The position numbers and the translations under genes are program-made. The notes beneath the pieces are model-generated. The model searched no databases. It had not been told where the DNA came from and saw only the letters and a program-made list of their open reading frames with translations. DNA of 63,886 nucleotides, the filler included, from Nanobdellota archaeon (GTDB lineage Archaea; Nanobdellota; Nanobdellia; Woesearchaeales; CAZZGN01): assembly GCA_051819665.1 (NCBI GenBank). It is 4 parts of 4 records of this genome, joined end to end, with 100 filler letters (N's around TTAATTAATTAA, not from the genome) between each part and the next. Parts side by side here need not be neighbours in the genome. Positions count along the whole stretch, not along the records: positions 1 to 19,163 come from JBNJDG010000017.1; 3 more parts are not named here. One strand, written 5' to 3'. Each line of letters starts with the position of its first letter. Position 1 is the first letter of the stretch. Positions 1 to 8,408 of this stretch are shown piece by piece.

Positions 1-1
1 A

Positions 2-703
2 GAGCAGTACATCTCGATAGAAAAAGGGAAAAACAAGAACCTGGATGAAGAGAAAATAACCCTCGAATATCTCGGAAGGGGGGAAGAAAGGCTCACTCTC
101 GGAAGCCATGACCGTAACTGGTTCAGGATAAAGGTCAAGGGAACGGATAATGAACCAATCTTGCCGGAAAGACCGATAAACTATTTCGGCAGGCAAAGGT
201 TCTCGAAGAACAATCACAATATAGGAAGACACCTTGTAAAAAAGGAGTTCAAGGAAGCCGTAGACCTCATCCTTGAAAGCGAAGGGAAACAGGAAGAAGC
301 ATTAAGGGAATTCTTCAAGAAGAATCCAAACGATTATATCGGAGCATTACAGAGGATACCGAAGAAGATCCTCACATTATACATACATGCCTATCAAAGT
401 GAGCTGTTCAACTCCATGGCGAGGGGAACAAAGAAAGAAAAACTCCCCCTCATCGGTTTCGGAACAAGGCCTGATGAAGAGACAAAGAATATACTCAATG
501 AGGAAGGTATCAAACCCAGAGACTTCATAATAAGGCAGCTGCCAGAACTTTCTGCCGAGGGAGAATACAGGGACGTCATAATGGATGTGAAAGATTTCGA
601 TAAAGAAAAAGAAGAGGATGGATGGGTAGTCACCTTCAGCCTCGGCAAAGGCTCTTACGCCACCACACTCATTGAGCAGATATTCCGTCAAGAACTTTCC
701 TAA
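2..703 (+). CDS. truD: tRNA pseudouridine(13) synthase TruD, 5'-truncated by the window edge
   Basis: Frame open from base 2; motifs NYFGRQRF, LYIHAYQSELFN and C-terminal FSLGKGSYAT. Confidence 0.9.
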   Translation, partial: EQYISIEKGKNKNLDEEKITLEYLGRGEERLTLGSHDRNWFRIKVKGTDNEPILPERPINYFGRQRFSKNNHNIGRHLVKKEFKEAVDLILESEGKQEEALREFFKKNPNDYIGALQRIPKKILTLYIHAYQSELFNSMARGTKKEKLPLIGFGTRPDEETKNILNEEGIKPRDFIIRQLPELSAEGEYRDVIMDVKDFDKEKEEDGWVVTFSLGKGSYATTLIEQIFRQELS

Positions 704-1295
704 TCTCTGAGAATACGTTCTCTATATCCTGCTCCCCATTTATCTCTTTCACCTTATCCTTAAAATAATCAAGAACCGGTACGGTCTCATTATTGTATAT
801 CTCCATCCTCTTATGGATAGCTTCCGGTTTATCATCTTCCCGCTGGTAGAGATCCCCGTCGTCATGATCACACTTCTCGGGTTCCTTCGGAGGCTTGAAA
901 TTTATATGATAATTCTCGCCGCATTTTGGGCATATCCTCCTGCCTGCAAGCCTCTTCAGGGTCTCTTCTGCAGAAAGCTGTATCTCCAGTACAATATCGA
1001 TATCAGTTATGGTGTCAAGGTACTTCGCCTGCGTCTTATTCCTGGGATATCCATCAAGTATAAAACCTGAAAGCCCTTTTACCTTATCTTGTACAAGCCT
1101 GTTGGTCAGATCATCAGGTACAAGCTTCCCATTATCAATATAACTCTTTGCCTCTTTACCCAGATCAGTCTTATTCTTTATATTCTCCCTGAATATATCC
1201 CCTGTTGAGATATGAGGGATATCATATCTCTCAGCTATCTTCTGTGCCTGTGTTCCCTTTCCGCTACCCTGCGGCCCTATCAATAAAATCTTCAT
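669..1295 (-). CDS. adk: Adenylate kinase (LID-containing type)
   Basis: GPQGSGKGTQ P-loop, HISTGDIFR, LDGYPR, LID region CPKCG; start moved to MKILL. Confidence 0.95.
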   Translation of the reverse strand: MKILLIGPQGSGKGTQAQKIAERYDIPHISTGDIFRENIKNKTDLGKEAKSYIDNGKLVPDDLTNRLVQDKVKGLSGFILDGYPRNKTQAKYLDTITDIDIVLEIQLSAEETLKRLAGRRICPKCGENYHINFKPPKEPEKCDHDDGDLYQREDDKPEAIHKRMEIYNNETVPVLDYFKDKVKEINGEQDIENVFSEIRKVLDGISAQ

Positions 1296-1299
1296 ATTA

Positions 1300-1758
1300 T
1301 CACCCGAAATATTCCTGATGGAAATCGCTCTGTTCATCCTTTGCCCAGGTGTCCTGGACCTTATCAACAAAATAAATTATCTCCTTCCTTGATTTCTTCC
1401 ATTCTTTATGGAAGTTCTTTATGAACGAGGCATCCTTCTCCTCGCCCAGATTAAGGTTAAGCTTAGCCGTCTCCCTATATAATATCATGAGCCTCTTAAA
1501 AAGCGCAAGAAGGCTATTCTTATCCTTTTCTGTGAAATCCTTCACCTCATACATGTTAGTGAAAGTGGATTCAGGTTGTACAAGCTCCTCCAGAAAACGG
1601 ACATTCTGCTCGAGCTTATCCGCCATCCTTTTTCTCACCGCTCTTAGGATATTGCTGTCTTCAGGTGCACCAATCTCAAAATCCTGGTCAAGCTCCTCAT
1701 AATCAGGTAAAGAATATTTCTCCTTCAGTTTATCGTAATTCTCTTTGAATTCTGCCAT
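1300..1758 (-). CDS. Hypothetical helical protein
   Basis: ORF co-directional with and 4 nt from adk; start MAEFKEN; no recognised motif. Confidence 0.75.
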   Translation of the reverse strand: MAEFKENYDKLKEKYSLPDYEELDQDFEIGAPEDSNILRAVRKRMADKLEQNVRFLEELVQPESTFTNMYEVKDFTEKDKNSLLALFKRLMILYRETAKLNLNLGEEKDASFIKNFHKEWKKSRKEIIYFVDKVQDTWAKDEQSDFHQEYFG

Positions 1759-1780
1759 ATACAGGAATAAGCCTGAAAGA

Positions 1781-2602
1781 TTATTTATAAAGTTTTTCAA
1801 TAAATGCCTCTATTTTCTGTGAGAATATCGAAGGCTCAGCAAGCACATCCAGATGATCGCCGAAGAGCATCTCCAAACTTGCATTCGGGAGTAATTCGGA
1901 CATCTTTTTCTCAGTCTCGTAGCTGAAAAACTGATCATCACCACTCCCAATGACAAGGGCAGGCTTTATTATCTCTTTAAGCCTATTACTGAGGTCAAGA
2001 TTGAACATCTCATCCGAGTAATAGAACACATTCGGGAGATGCATATGCCTTATCCTGTCAATGATAAGTGAGCCCTCACTTGTAGACTCATACCTTGAAA
2101 GATCAACTATATCTTTCTTGTAATGTTCTTTATGTATGCTCTTGGCTAACTTTTTTGAGAGAGGATCAAGCCTTTTCACATCAAACTCAAATTTGCCGAC
2201 CTTAAAATAATCAGGCCCTTTATAGGATGAGTCAAGTAAAATCATTCCTTCAATCACTTCTTTGAAACTGAGTGCAAAAAGCAGCGAAACCATTCCACCC
2301 ATACTGTAACCTATAGGGATGACTTTTTCAACCGATAATTTATCCATGATATGTTTCATATCTGCCGCTATATTTTCGAGATGAAATCCTTCCTTATCCT
2401 TTGGAACATCAGACTTACCATGGCCCCTCATATCCATATAGATTATCCTGTAGCCTTTCTTCCTGAAATGCCCTATTTCCGGTTTAAGATTTGTCCAGTT
2501 AGCCATCCAACCGTGGAGAAAGAAAAGACAAGGTGTATCCTTATCAAGATTATGTCTCCCGTAATGTACGTTATAGCCGTCTTCTGTCTTTATATAAGGC
2601 AT
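1781..2602 (-). CDS. Alpha/beta hydrolase
   Basis: FLHGW, DMRGHGKSD, nucleophile elbow GYSMGG, C-terminal His; start MPYIKT. Confidence 0.9.
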   Translation of the reverse strand: MPYIKTEDGYNVHYGRHNLDKDTPCLFFLHGWMANWTNLKPEIGHFRKKGYRIIYMDMRGHGKSDVPKDKEGFHLENIAADMKHIMDKLSVEKVIPIGYSMGGMVSLLFALSFKEVIEGMILLDSSYKGPDYFKVGKFEFDVKRLDPLSKKLAKSIHKEHYKKDIVDLSRYESTSEGSLIIDRIRHMHLPNVFYYSDEMFNLDLSNRLKEIIKPALVIGSGDDQFFSYETEKKMSELLPNASLEMLFGDHLDVLAEPSIFSQKIEAFIEKLYK

Positions 2603-2622
2603 TTCTTTAGAAGAAAAACAGG

Positions 2623-2636
2623 AATATTTAAATATT
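2623..2636. promoter_or_regulatory. Palindromic AT box AATATTTAAATATT, probable bidirectional TATA
   Basis: Perfect 14-bp palindrome in the 57-bp gap between divergent hydrolase genes, ~20-25 nt from each start. Confidence 0.5.
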
Positions 2637-2659
2637 ATCGATTTTCTTGTTATCACTGC

Positions 2660-3379
2660 ATGATGAATATAAAAAATCAAGGAAAGCTGAAAGAGGAAAA
2701 ATTCAAAGACATGAAATGGTATAGGATGGGCAAAGGAGAACCTATCCTCTTTCTTCACGGCTTTGGAATAGACCCTAAAGAGTATGAGCTCATAGAGAAA
2801 CTAGCGGAGAATAACGAAGTGATTGCTCCGAGAACTGCCGGTTTTACGAAAGACAGAAAGATCAATGATATAGCTTCAAGGATTGATGAATTACTGAAAG
2901 AAGAGATAAAGACAGATAATCTAAGTGAAGTATACTCTCATTCCATCGGAGGCAGTACAGGAGCTCTCCTGTTGAATGATGATTTCTATACAAAAGATAA
3001 TGTCATGGTATCCCCTGTTGAGAAGGTGGATTATAATGGACATGAGTTATTGAGAAGAGGGTTGACGGATTTCATGAAGGGAAAATACAAGAACCATGGA
3101 GTCTCATATGCCCTCGGTTTCCTGAAGAACCTTCAGAACAACTTCGCCCTTGCCCAGGATACAACTGATTTTGATTATGAGGGAATAGAGCTTAAAGGCA
3201 AAGGTATAGGAACAACAATCATCACAACAGAAAAGGATGGTCTGTTCGATCACAAATATATAGATGAACTGAAGGAAAAGGTCGACCTCAAAGGATATGA
3301 GAATATCAGCGGTTGCCACAACGAGATCCTAAAAAACCCTGACAAGATTATCAATACTGCAGAAAAATATCAGAAATAA
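2660..3379 (+). CDS. Alpha/beta hydrolase fold protein
   Basis: GKGEPILFLHGFG, HSIGG elbow, D and H (GCHN) triad candidates. Confidence 0.85.
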   Translation: MMNIKNQGKLKEEKFKDMKWYRMGKGEPILFLHGFGIDPKEYELIEKLAENNEVIAPRTAGFTKDRKINDIASRIDELLKEEIKTDNLSEVYSHSIGGSTGALLLNDDFYTKDNVMVSPVEKVDYNGHELLRRGLTDFMKGKYKNHGVSYALGFLKNLQNNFALAQDTTDFDYEGIELKGKGIGTTIITTEKDGLFDHKYIDELKEKVDLKGYENISGCHNEILKNPDKIINTAEKYQK

Positions 3380-3394
3380 AGAATTATAGAGGAT

Positions 3395-3997
3395 TCATTC
3401 CTCTACAAAGTCTTCAAGCTTAGCATTGAACTCCTCATCAGAATTTATCATGCCTTTCTTCTTCATGAACTCCTTCGTTATAAGGTAGTACATGAGCCCG
3501 AGGCTCTTCTTTCCTTTGTTGTTACAAGGCACAACAAGGTCGATATTATTCGACTGGTTGTTCGTATCGCAAAGGGCAACGACCGGTACGCCGATCAGCA
3601 TAGCATCATTTATAGCGTTCCTGTCAGGCCACGGATCCGCAACCATGACGATCTTCTTTTCTGTATAGAACCTCAGATTAGGATTAGTCATGATACCCGG
3701 AGGATACCTGCCGGCGAATACTTTTATTCCTGTCATCTCTGAGAGTTTCTTGACTGATTTCCAGCCATTCTCCCTCCTGCAGACTATCAATATATCCTCA
3801 GGATTATACTGTGCGAGGAAGTTCACTGCTACTGAGATCCTCTCGTCTATCTTCTGGAGATTGAGTATCTTAAGCCCGTCACTCCTTACTTTATAGATGA
3901 ACTTATCCATATAATTGGTCTTGAATTTCGTTCCTATGTGTATACCCGATTTAAGGTATGTCTTCGAATCTATTAGGTAATCTTCTGTCATCTTCAT
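3395..3997 (-). CDS. rps2: 30S ribosomal protein uS2 (archaeal)
   Basis: YLKSGIHIGTK, GRYPPG, ALCDTNN, PCNNKGKKSL. Confidence 0.97.
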   Translation of the reverse strand: MKMTEDYLIDSKTYLKSGIHIGTKFKTNYMDKFIYKVRSDGLKILNLQKIDERISVAVNFLAQYNPEDILIVCRRENGWKSVKKLSEMTGIKVFAGRYPPGIMTNPNLRFYTEKKIVMVADPWPDRNAINDAMLIGVPVVALCDTNNQSNNIDLVVPCNNKGKKSLGLMYYLITKEFMKKKGMINSDEEFNAKLEDFVEE

Positions 3998-4002
3998 CCT
4001 CC

Positions 4003-4260
4003 CAGCAATAGAAACAATCTATCGCTGAATTTTTGTCGCCCGAATCATTTCCTGGATTCGTGGCACAAAGTGGGTTTCGCTAAGCTCAAGCCCACCTTTA
4101 AGAGTGGTGCTTTATGCGCCACCAAAGTGCCAACTGATTTTTCAGTTGCGTCAAGCCCACTCTTAAACAGCAATAGAATTTATTTATCTATCGCTGAATT
4201 TTTATCGCCTCATCAGCACACAGGGAGTCCCTTTCGGCCATCCTCCCTGATTCGGCTCTA
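4003..4260 (-). ncRNA. Structured rps2 5' leader or unclassified ncRNA
   Basis: Non-coding stretch dense in inverted repeats; duplicated hairpin unit at 4003-4040 and 4168-4209; TATA-like box at 4283-4290. Confidence 0.5.
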
Positions 4261-4282
4261 GACTATGGGAAGCAGCTACGCA

Positions 4283-4290
4283 TTTATAAA
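4283..4290 (-). promoter_or_regulatory. TATA box upstream of the rps2 leader
   Basis: TTTATAAA about 25 nt upstream of where the structured region begins. Confidence 0.5.
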
Positions 4291-4314
4291 TCTATTTCTT
4301 TTCAATATGGAAAA

Positions 4315-5430
4315 TTAAGCATACATCGTCCCGAACACCATCCCGGCAAGGAAAAATACGATCAATAAAGCCGCAATTACCCTGCTTCCGGTGACTGTGA
4401 ACTCAGGATCCCTCTCTCCCAGTCTCCTTGAGCGATTATGCATGACCACTACCAGAACAGCCTGCAAACCCCCAGTTACAGCACCCACATAACCCAGTGT
4501 GCTTATGAAAGAAGTCAAGCCAAGGAGAACCACGGCTATGGGAGGGATTATGGTGGCAAGCCACGAAATTTTGTTGCTGAGGCCGAAGTCAAGATGGAAG
4601 ACCCATTTCAACGCAAGACCCAGGCTCAGGAAGGATGTTGCCATAGCAAAAAAAGCGAATACATTCATCAGGAGACCTGCGGTCTTCCCGAGTGTCTCAT
4701 CAAGCACAAGGTTCGCCATGGTCTCTCCCGAACCGAATTCCACAGCAGAAGTACCTATGACTACAAAAGAGAATACTATATACAGAGCTAAAGGGAGCAA
4801 TCCTCCAATGATTATGGCCTTCTTCAACTTCCTCTTATTTTTACACAGCTCTTCTTTCATCTCAGGGATAGCAACCATACCCTTGAACGCAAACACCAAG
4901 ACACCGAAGGGCATGAATATATTCATCCCGTTGAAACCGGTAAGATAATCGGCATTTATATTACCCACACTCATGAAATACAAAGCTATGGTTATAAGAG
5001 CTATCCCTATAACCATCCACTGCTCAAACCTTCCGATGACACTCAACCCTTTGTATAACAACATGGAAGCCAGCAGGAAGAAAATGATGGTGCCCTGCAA
5101 GGGAGTTACAGGAAGCAGAGCCTCCAATACCTCACCCTGTCCGATCAGATAAGCTACAAGAGAACCATATATGCCGAGGACCATTGTGATGACCATGATG
5201 TTCCTTCCCTTTACACCGAGATACTTGCTGGCATACCCGCTCAGCTCGTAAGTCTTATTGGTCCTCAAGGTTATCTCACCTATGAACAGGTTTATGAAGA
5301 TCATAGCAAGAGCCACAACTACAGCAACTATCAAACCTGTAAGAAATCCTCCCCTGTACAATGCATAGGGGATCCCCAGGATGCCTGCACCGATCGTGGT
5401 CCCAATAAGAAGAGTTATCGCCCTTATCAT
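4315..5430 (-). CDS. Amino acid permease (Trp/Tyr permease, HAAAP-like)
   Basis: N-terminal GTTIGAGILGIP motif, ATSFL motif, ~11 hydrophobic segments. Confidence 0.88.
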   Translation of the reverse strand: MIRAITLLIGTTIGAGILGIPYALYRGGFLTGLIVAVVVALAMIFINLFIGEITLRTNKTYELSGYASKYLGVKGRNIMVITMVLGIYGSLVAYLIGQGEVLEALLPVTPLQGTIIFFLLASMLLYKGLSVIGRFEQWMVIGIALITIALYFMSVGNINADYLTGFNGMNIFMPFGVLVFAFKGMVAIPEMKEELCKNKRKLKKAIIIGGLLPLALYIVFSFVVIGTSAVEFGSGETMANLVLDETLGKTAGLLMNVFAFFAMATSFLSLGLALKWVFHLDFGLSNKISWLATIIPPIAVVLLGLTSFISTLGYVGAVTGGLQAVLVVVMHNRSRRLGERDPEFTVTGSRVIAALLIVFFLAGMVFGTMYA

Positions 5431-5450
5431 TGAACCATCATCCCTTCCAC

Positions 5451-5978
5451 TTATTTATAAGGCTTTCTGAATGAAAGCATGGACAACAGCCTGTCATCAT
5501 CCATCTGATGGTTATCAAGCACCCATCTGTAAAGAAGCGGAGAGACAACTGCAGCGAGAACCACATTACCCGCAAGATGATACAGAGTGAAGGGTATCTG
5601 CATAAGCAGGGTCTCCATAAATCCCTGACCGAAGAATAAAACGCCCGTCCCAATGCCAGTAACAGCATCATAGAATAGAGTGGCGACGAATGAAAAACCG
5701 ACATAATGTATTATCTTTGACCTCTTATTGAAGAAATACCCTGCAGCAAGACCTATGATAGCATAAGAAAGCACAGTCATAAGCGTCCACTCGCCGATTG
5801 TGCCTGTAAGAAGATCGAAAAGGATTATAGAGACAGAAGTGAAGATCATAGCAGCATACTTGCCCCATCTTTTAGCGAAAGGCATCATCGTCGCCATGAT
5901 AGGCTCTACATTAGGCGGGTGAGGCATAAGCCTGAAGAAGAAAACTGTTGCTATACCTATCAGATATTTTATCCACAT
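5451..5978 (-). CDS. ECF transporter S-component-like membrane protein (possibly cobalamin CbrT/BtuM-like)
   Basis: ~175 aa, ~6 TM segments, PHPPNVEP motif after TM1; substrate is inference. Confidence 0.6.
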   Translation of the reverse strand: MWIKYLIGIATVFFFRLMPHPPNVEPIMATMMPFAKRWGKYAAMIFTSVSIILFDLLTGTIGEWTLMTVLSYAIIGLAAGYFFNKRSKIIHYVGFSFVATLFYDAVTGIGTGVLFFGQGFMETLLMQIPFTLYHLAGNVVLAAVVSPLLYRWVLDNHQMDDDRLLSMLSFRKPYK

Positions 5979-5988
5979 GATTTCTGGA

Positions 5989-6480
5989 TCATCCTTCTTT
6001 CTTAAATCTTTTTGGGAACACTGCCAAGTCCTCATATACAGGGCCCTGCTCTGTAAGCGTGCTCCCTATGAGATATATCCTGTCCACACTGAATTCAATA
6101 TCAAGATCCCTCGGCTCAAAATGATCAAGCTTTTTTATCCGGGCCAGGGTAATATGGGGCTTTAGTTTCTTTTTGTTTATCTTAAGGGTTTTCATAAGCC
6201 CTCTGTGTAAAAGTTTCAGCCGTTCATTCTCCTCCGGGAAAGCAGCCACGAGCCTGGGTTTCTTACTCGGAAAGAGCCTTATCTTTGTAATCCTTACTGT
6301 GAACGGGTCAAAATTGAACTTGTCCAGAGCCTTGATTATCTTATCAGGATCCTCATCTTCAAAGAAATGCAGGGTTATATGCAACTTATCCTTATCAACT
6401 ACCTTTAAGCTTCCTTCAGAATTAAAATAAAGTTTACCGGAAATATATTCCGGAATTTTTATAGCCAAAAAACATCTCAT
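5989..6480 (-). CDS. thpR: RNA 2',3'-cyclic phosphodiesterase (2H family)
   Basis: MRCFLAI start, two HITL motifs, C-terminal STLTEQGPVYE. Confidence 0.92.
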   Translation of the reverse strand: MRCFLAIKIPEYISGKLYFNSEGSLKVVDKDKLHITLHFFEDEDPDKIIKALDKFNFDPFTVRITKIRLFPSKKPRLVAAFPEENERLKLLHRGLMKTLKINKKKLKPHITLARIKKLDHFEPRDLDIEFSVDRIYLIGSTLTEQGPVYEDLAVFPKRFKKEG

Positions 6481-6797
6481 TCTTTGGGTTCTTCAGAATC
6501 TTCCTCGCCGAAATCCTCTGAATCTTCAGGAGCCTCTTCAGGTTCTTCGTTACTCTCCTCCTGTTCATCCTGCGATTCTGATGATTCGGACTCGCCTACT
6601 TTTTCTCCGAAGCCGACTTTCTTCAGAACTTTTGTAACCTTAATCTTCACTTCGTCGCCTTCATTGGTGTCAGGCACGAAGATAACAAAGCCGTCTTTCT
6701 TGGCTATACCATCGCCTTTTTCGCCAACCGCTTCTATCTTGACATCAAGCTGTTCTCCCTCTTTTACGGGAGCAAATCCTTCATTATTTCCGTACAT
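6477..6797 (-). CDS. Single TRAM-domain RNA-binding protein with acidic tail
   Basis: APVKEGE...IEAVGEKGDGIAK.DGFVIFVP....GD.V.IKV. Confidence 0.92.
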   Translation of the reverse strand: MYGNNEGFAPVKEGEQLDVKIEAVGEKGDGIAKKDGFVIFVPDTNEGDEVKIKVTKVLKKVGFGEKVGESESSESQDEQEESNEEPEEAPEDSEDFGEEDSEEPKE

Positions 6798-6904
6798 AAT
6801 CTATCTCACCTTTTAACTTCACTTCCTAAGAAGTGCACTGCCTTTGGGCAGATAATAGCTGCGTATAAGAATTAATTTATAAAGTTTTCTGAAAAATAAA
6901 AAAA

Positions 6905-7912
6905 TCAAATGTCCTTAAGGCCATTTGTTTCGACATAGAAGTTGCATTCCCCTTCAGGCATGTTCGGACTGTCGACAAGCTTAGCCACTCTCGAACCTTT
7001 CTTGCCTTTCCTCAGATAGACCCTGAAGGTAGAAGCATGACCTACAATATGTCCACCTATCGCTGCTGTAGGGTCTCCGAAGAACTGATCCGGCTTCGCC
7101 ATAACCTGGTTGGTTATATACACACAGATGTTATGCGCATCCGCTATCTTGAGCAGATGATGCATATGCTTGTTTAACTTCTGTTGTCTTTCAGCCAGGG
7201 TCCCTCTGCCTATGAATTCCGCCCTGAAATGAGCAGTAAGAGAGTCAACCACAACAAGCTTGACATTAAGGTTCTGCTTTGTTATAAGCTCTTCAACCTT
7301 TTCTGCGAGGAGCATCTGATGATCTGAATTGAAAGCCCTGGCAACCTTGATGTGTTTAAGGGCCTCATTCGGATCTATTCCTGCCCCTTCAGCAAGCTCT
7401 TTTATCCTTTCCGGCCTGAAAGTGTTCTCTGTATCAATATAAACGACAGCCGGATCCTTCTCATCCGAGAGCATCTGAGCCCTTACTGCAAGCATATGGG
7501 CCAGTTGTGTCTTGCCTCCTCCGAATTCAGAGAACACCTCTGTCACGGCACCGGTCTCGAAACCGCCACCCATGAGCTTATCCATAGCTTCACTACCGGT
7601 CTTTATCTTCTCAACCTTCTCTCTCCTGTGGAGTATGTCCTCTCCTGATTCAAAACCCATCTCAAGGGCGGATCTTGCTGCATTTATGACTTTCCTCGCA
7701 ACAGCCTCGGACATGCCCGTGGCATCCAGGAGCTGTCCGGGAGTAGCCACTGCAACAGAAAGGACATCCCCGAATCCTGATTCCTTCATCTTGTCAGCGG
7801 TAGCAGCACCCACGCCGGGGAGATCATTAAGAGTGACCTTTACTTCCTCCTTCTTACCTTCTTCCATATTATCACCGGAAACATTTTCTGCATCAGCATC
7901 CATATTAATCAC
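6905..7912 (-). CDS. radA: DNA repair and recombination protein RadA
   Basis: N-terminal HhH DLPGVG, Walker A region [32 protein letters not shown]. Confidence 0.97.
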   Translation of the reverse strand: MINMDADAENVSGDNMEEGKKEEVKVTLNDLPGVGAATADKMKESGFGDVLSVAVATPGQLLDATGMSEAVARKVINAARSALEMGFESGEDILHRREKVEKIKTGSEAMDKLMGGGFETGAVTEVFSEFGGGKTQLAHMLAVRAQMLSDEKDPAVVYIDTENTFRPERIKELAEGAGIDPNEALKHIKVARAFNSDHQMLLAEKVEELITKQNLNVKLVVVDSLTAHFRAEFIGRGTLAERQQKLNKHMHHLLKIADAHNICVYITNQVMAKPDQFFGDPTAAIGGHIVGHASTFRVYLRKGKKGSRVAKLVDSPNMPEGECNFYVETNGLKDI

Positions 7913-7916
7913 CTAT

Positions 7917-8156
7917 TTAAATCTTTACCTCCATATTGAGATATTCGTAAGCCTTGTTAAGCACAAGTGCTGCTTTCGGAAGGTCATTGACCCTCATGTT
8001 CGAAGTACTTTTCCACTCGCCGTTCTTGTCCTTGAAATTCCTCTCAAGGGAAACTGTCTCAAAAGAGAACTCTTTGCCGTCCTTTTCCGATTTATTCTTC
8101 CAGATAGTGGCAGAAACCGGACTCGCCACAAATTTTTTTTCAGGTGTGTTGTTCAT
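7917..8156 (-). CDS. Small hypothetical protein, possibly ssDNA-binding
   Basis: SD GGAGGT; SATIWKN...SLERNFKDKNGEWKSTS...NDLPKA; 4 nt upstream of radA. Confidence 0.7.
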   Translation of the reverse strand: MNNTPEKKFVASPVSATIWKNKSEKDGKEFSFETVSLERNFKDKNGEWKSTSNMRVNDLPKAALVLNKAYEYLNMEVKI

Positions 8157-8408
8157 TTTTCTTACCTCCTTGCTGATCCCTAAGGGTCACCCATGCGGGT
8201 TTCGCATCTTTTTTCACTCCGGAAAGGGGCAAAAGCCCCTAAAGCCGGAGGGAGGGTGTTGGGATTTTTTAGCCCAATCTAGTCATGAGGAAGAGTCATT
8301 TAAATATCTCATCCGGACATGTCCAGTGTCCAGTGAAAATATATTCGTTAACAGGCAAAATTTTATAAGGAACAAGTTAAAAAAAAGCTATATAAAAAAA
8401 GAGGTGTA

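Noticed and set aside
2351..2758. Apparent 400-nt head-to-head overlap of the two hydrolase ORFs
   Set aside because: Caused by over-extended starts in the ORF track; plausible starts at 2602 and 2660 do not overlap
4060..4220. Hammerhead ribozyme (CTGATGAG ... CGAAAC on the minus strand)
   Set aside because: Core motifs are ~130 nt apart and I could not build stems I-III around them; CGAAAC sits in another hairpin
4200..4280. tRNA, SRP RNA or RNase P RNA upstream of rps2
   Set aside because: No TTCRA T-loop or cloverleaf, no complete SRP helix-8 motif, no RNase P GAGGAAAGTCC-type conserved region
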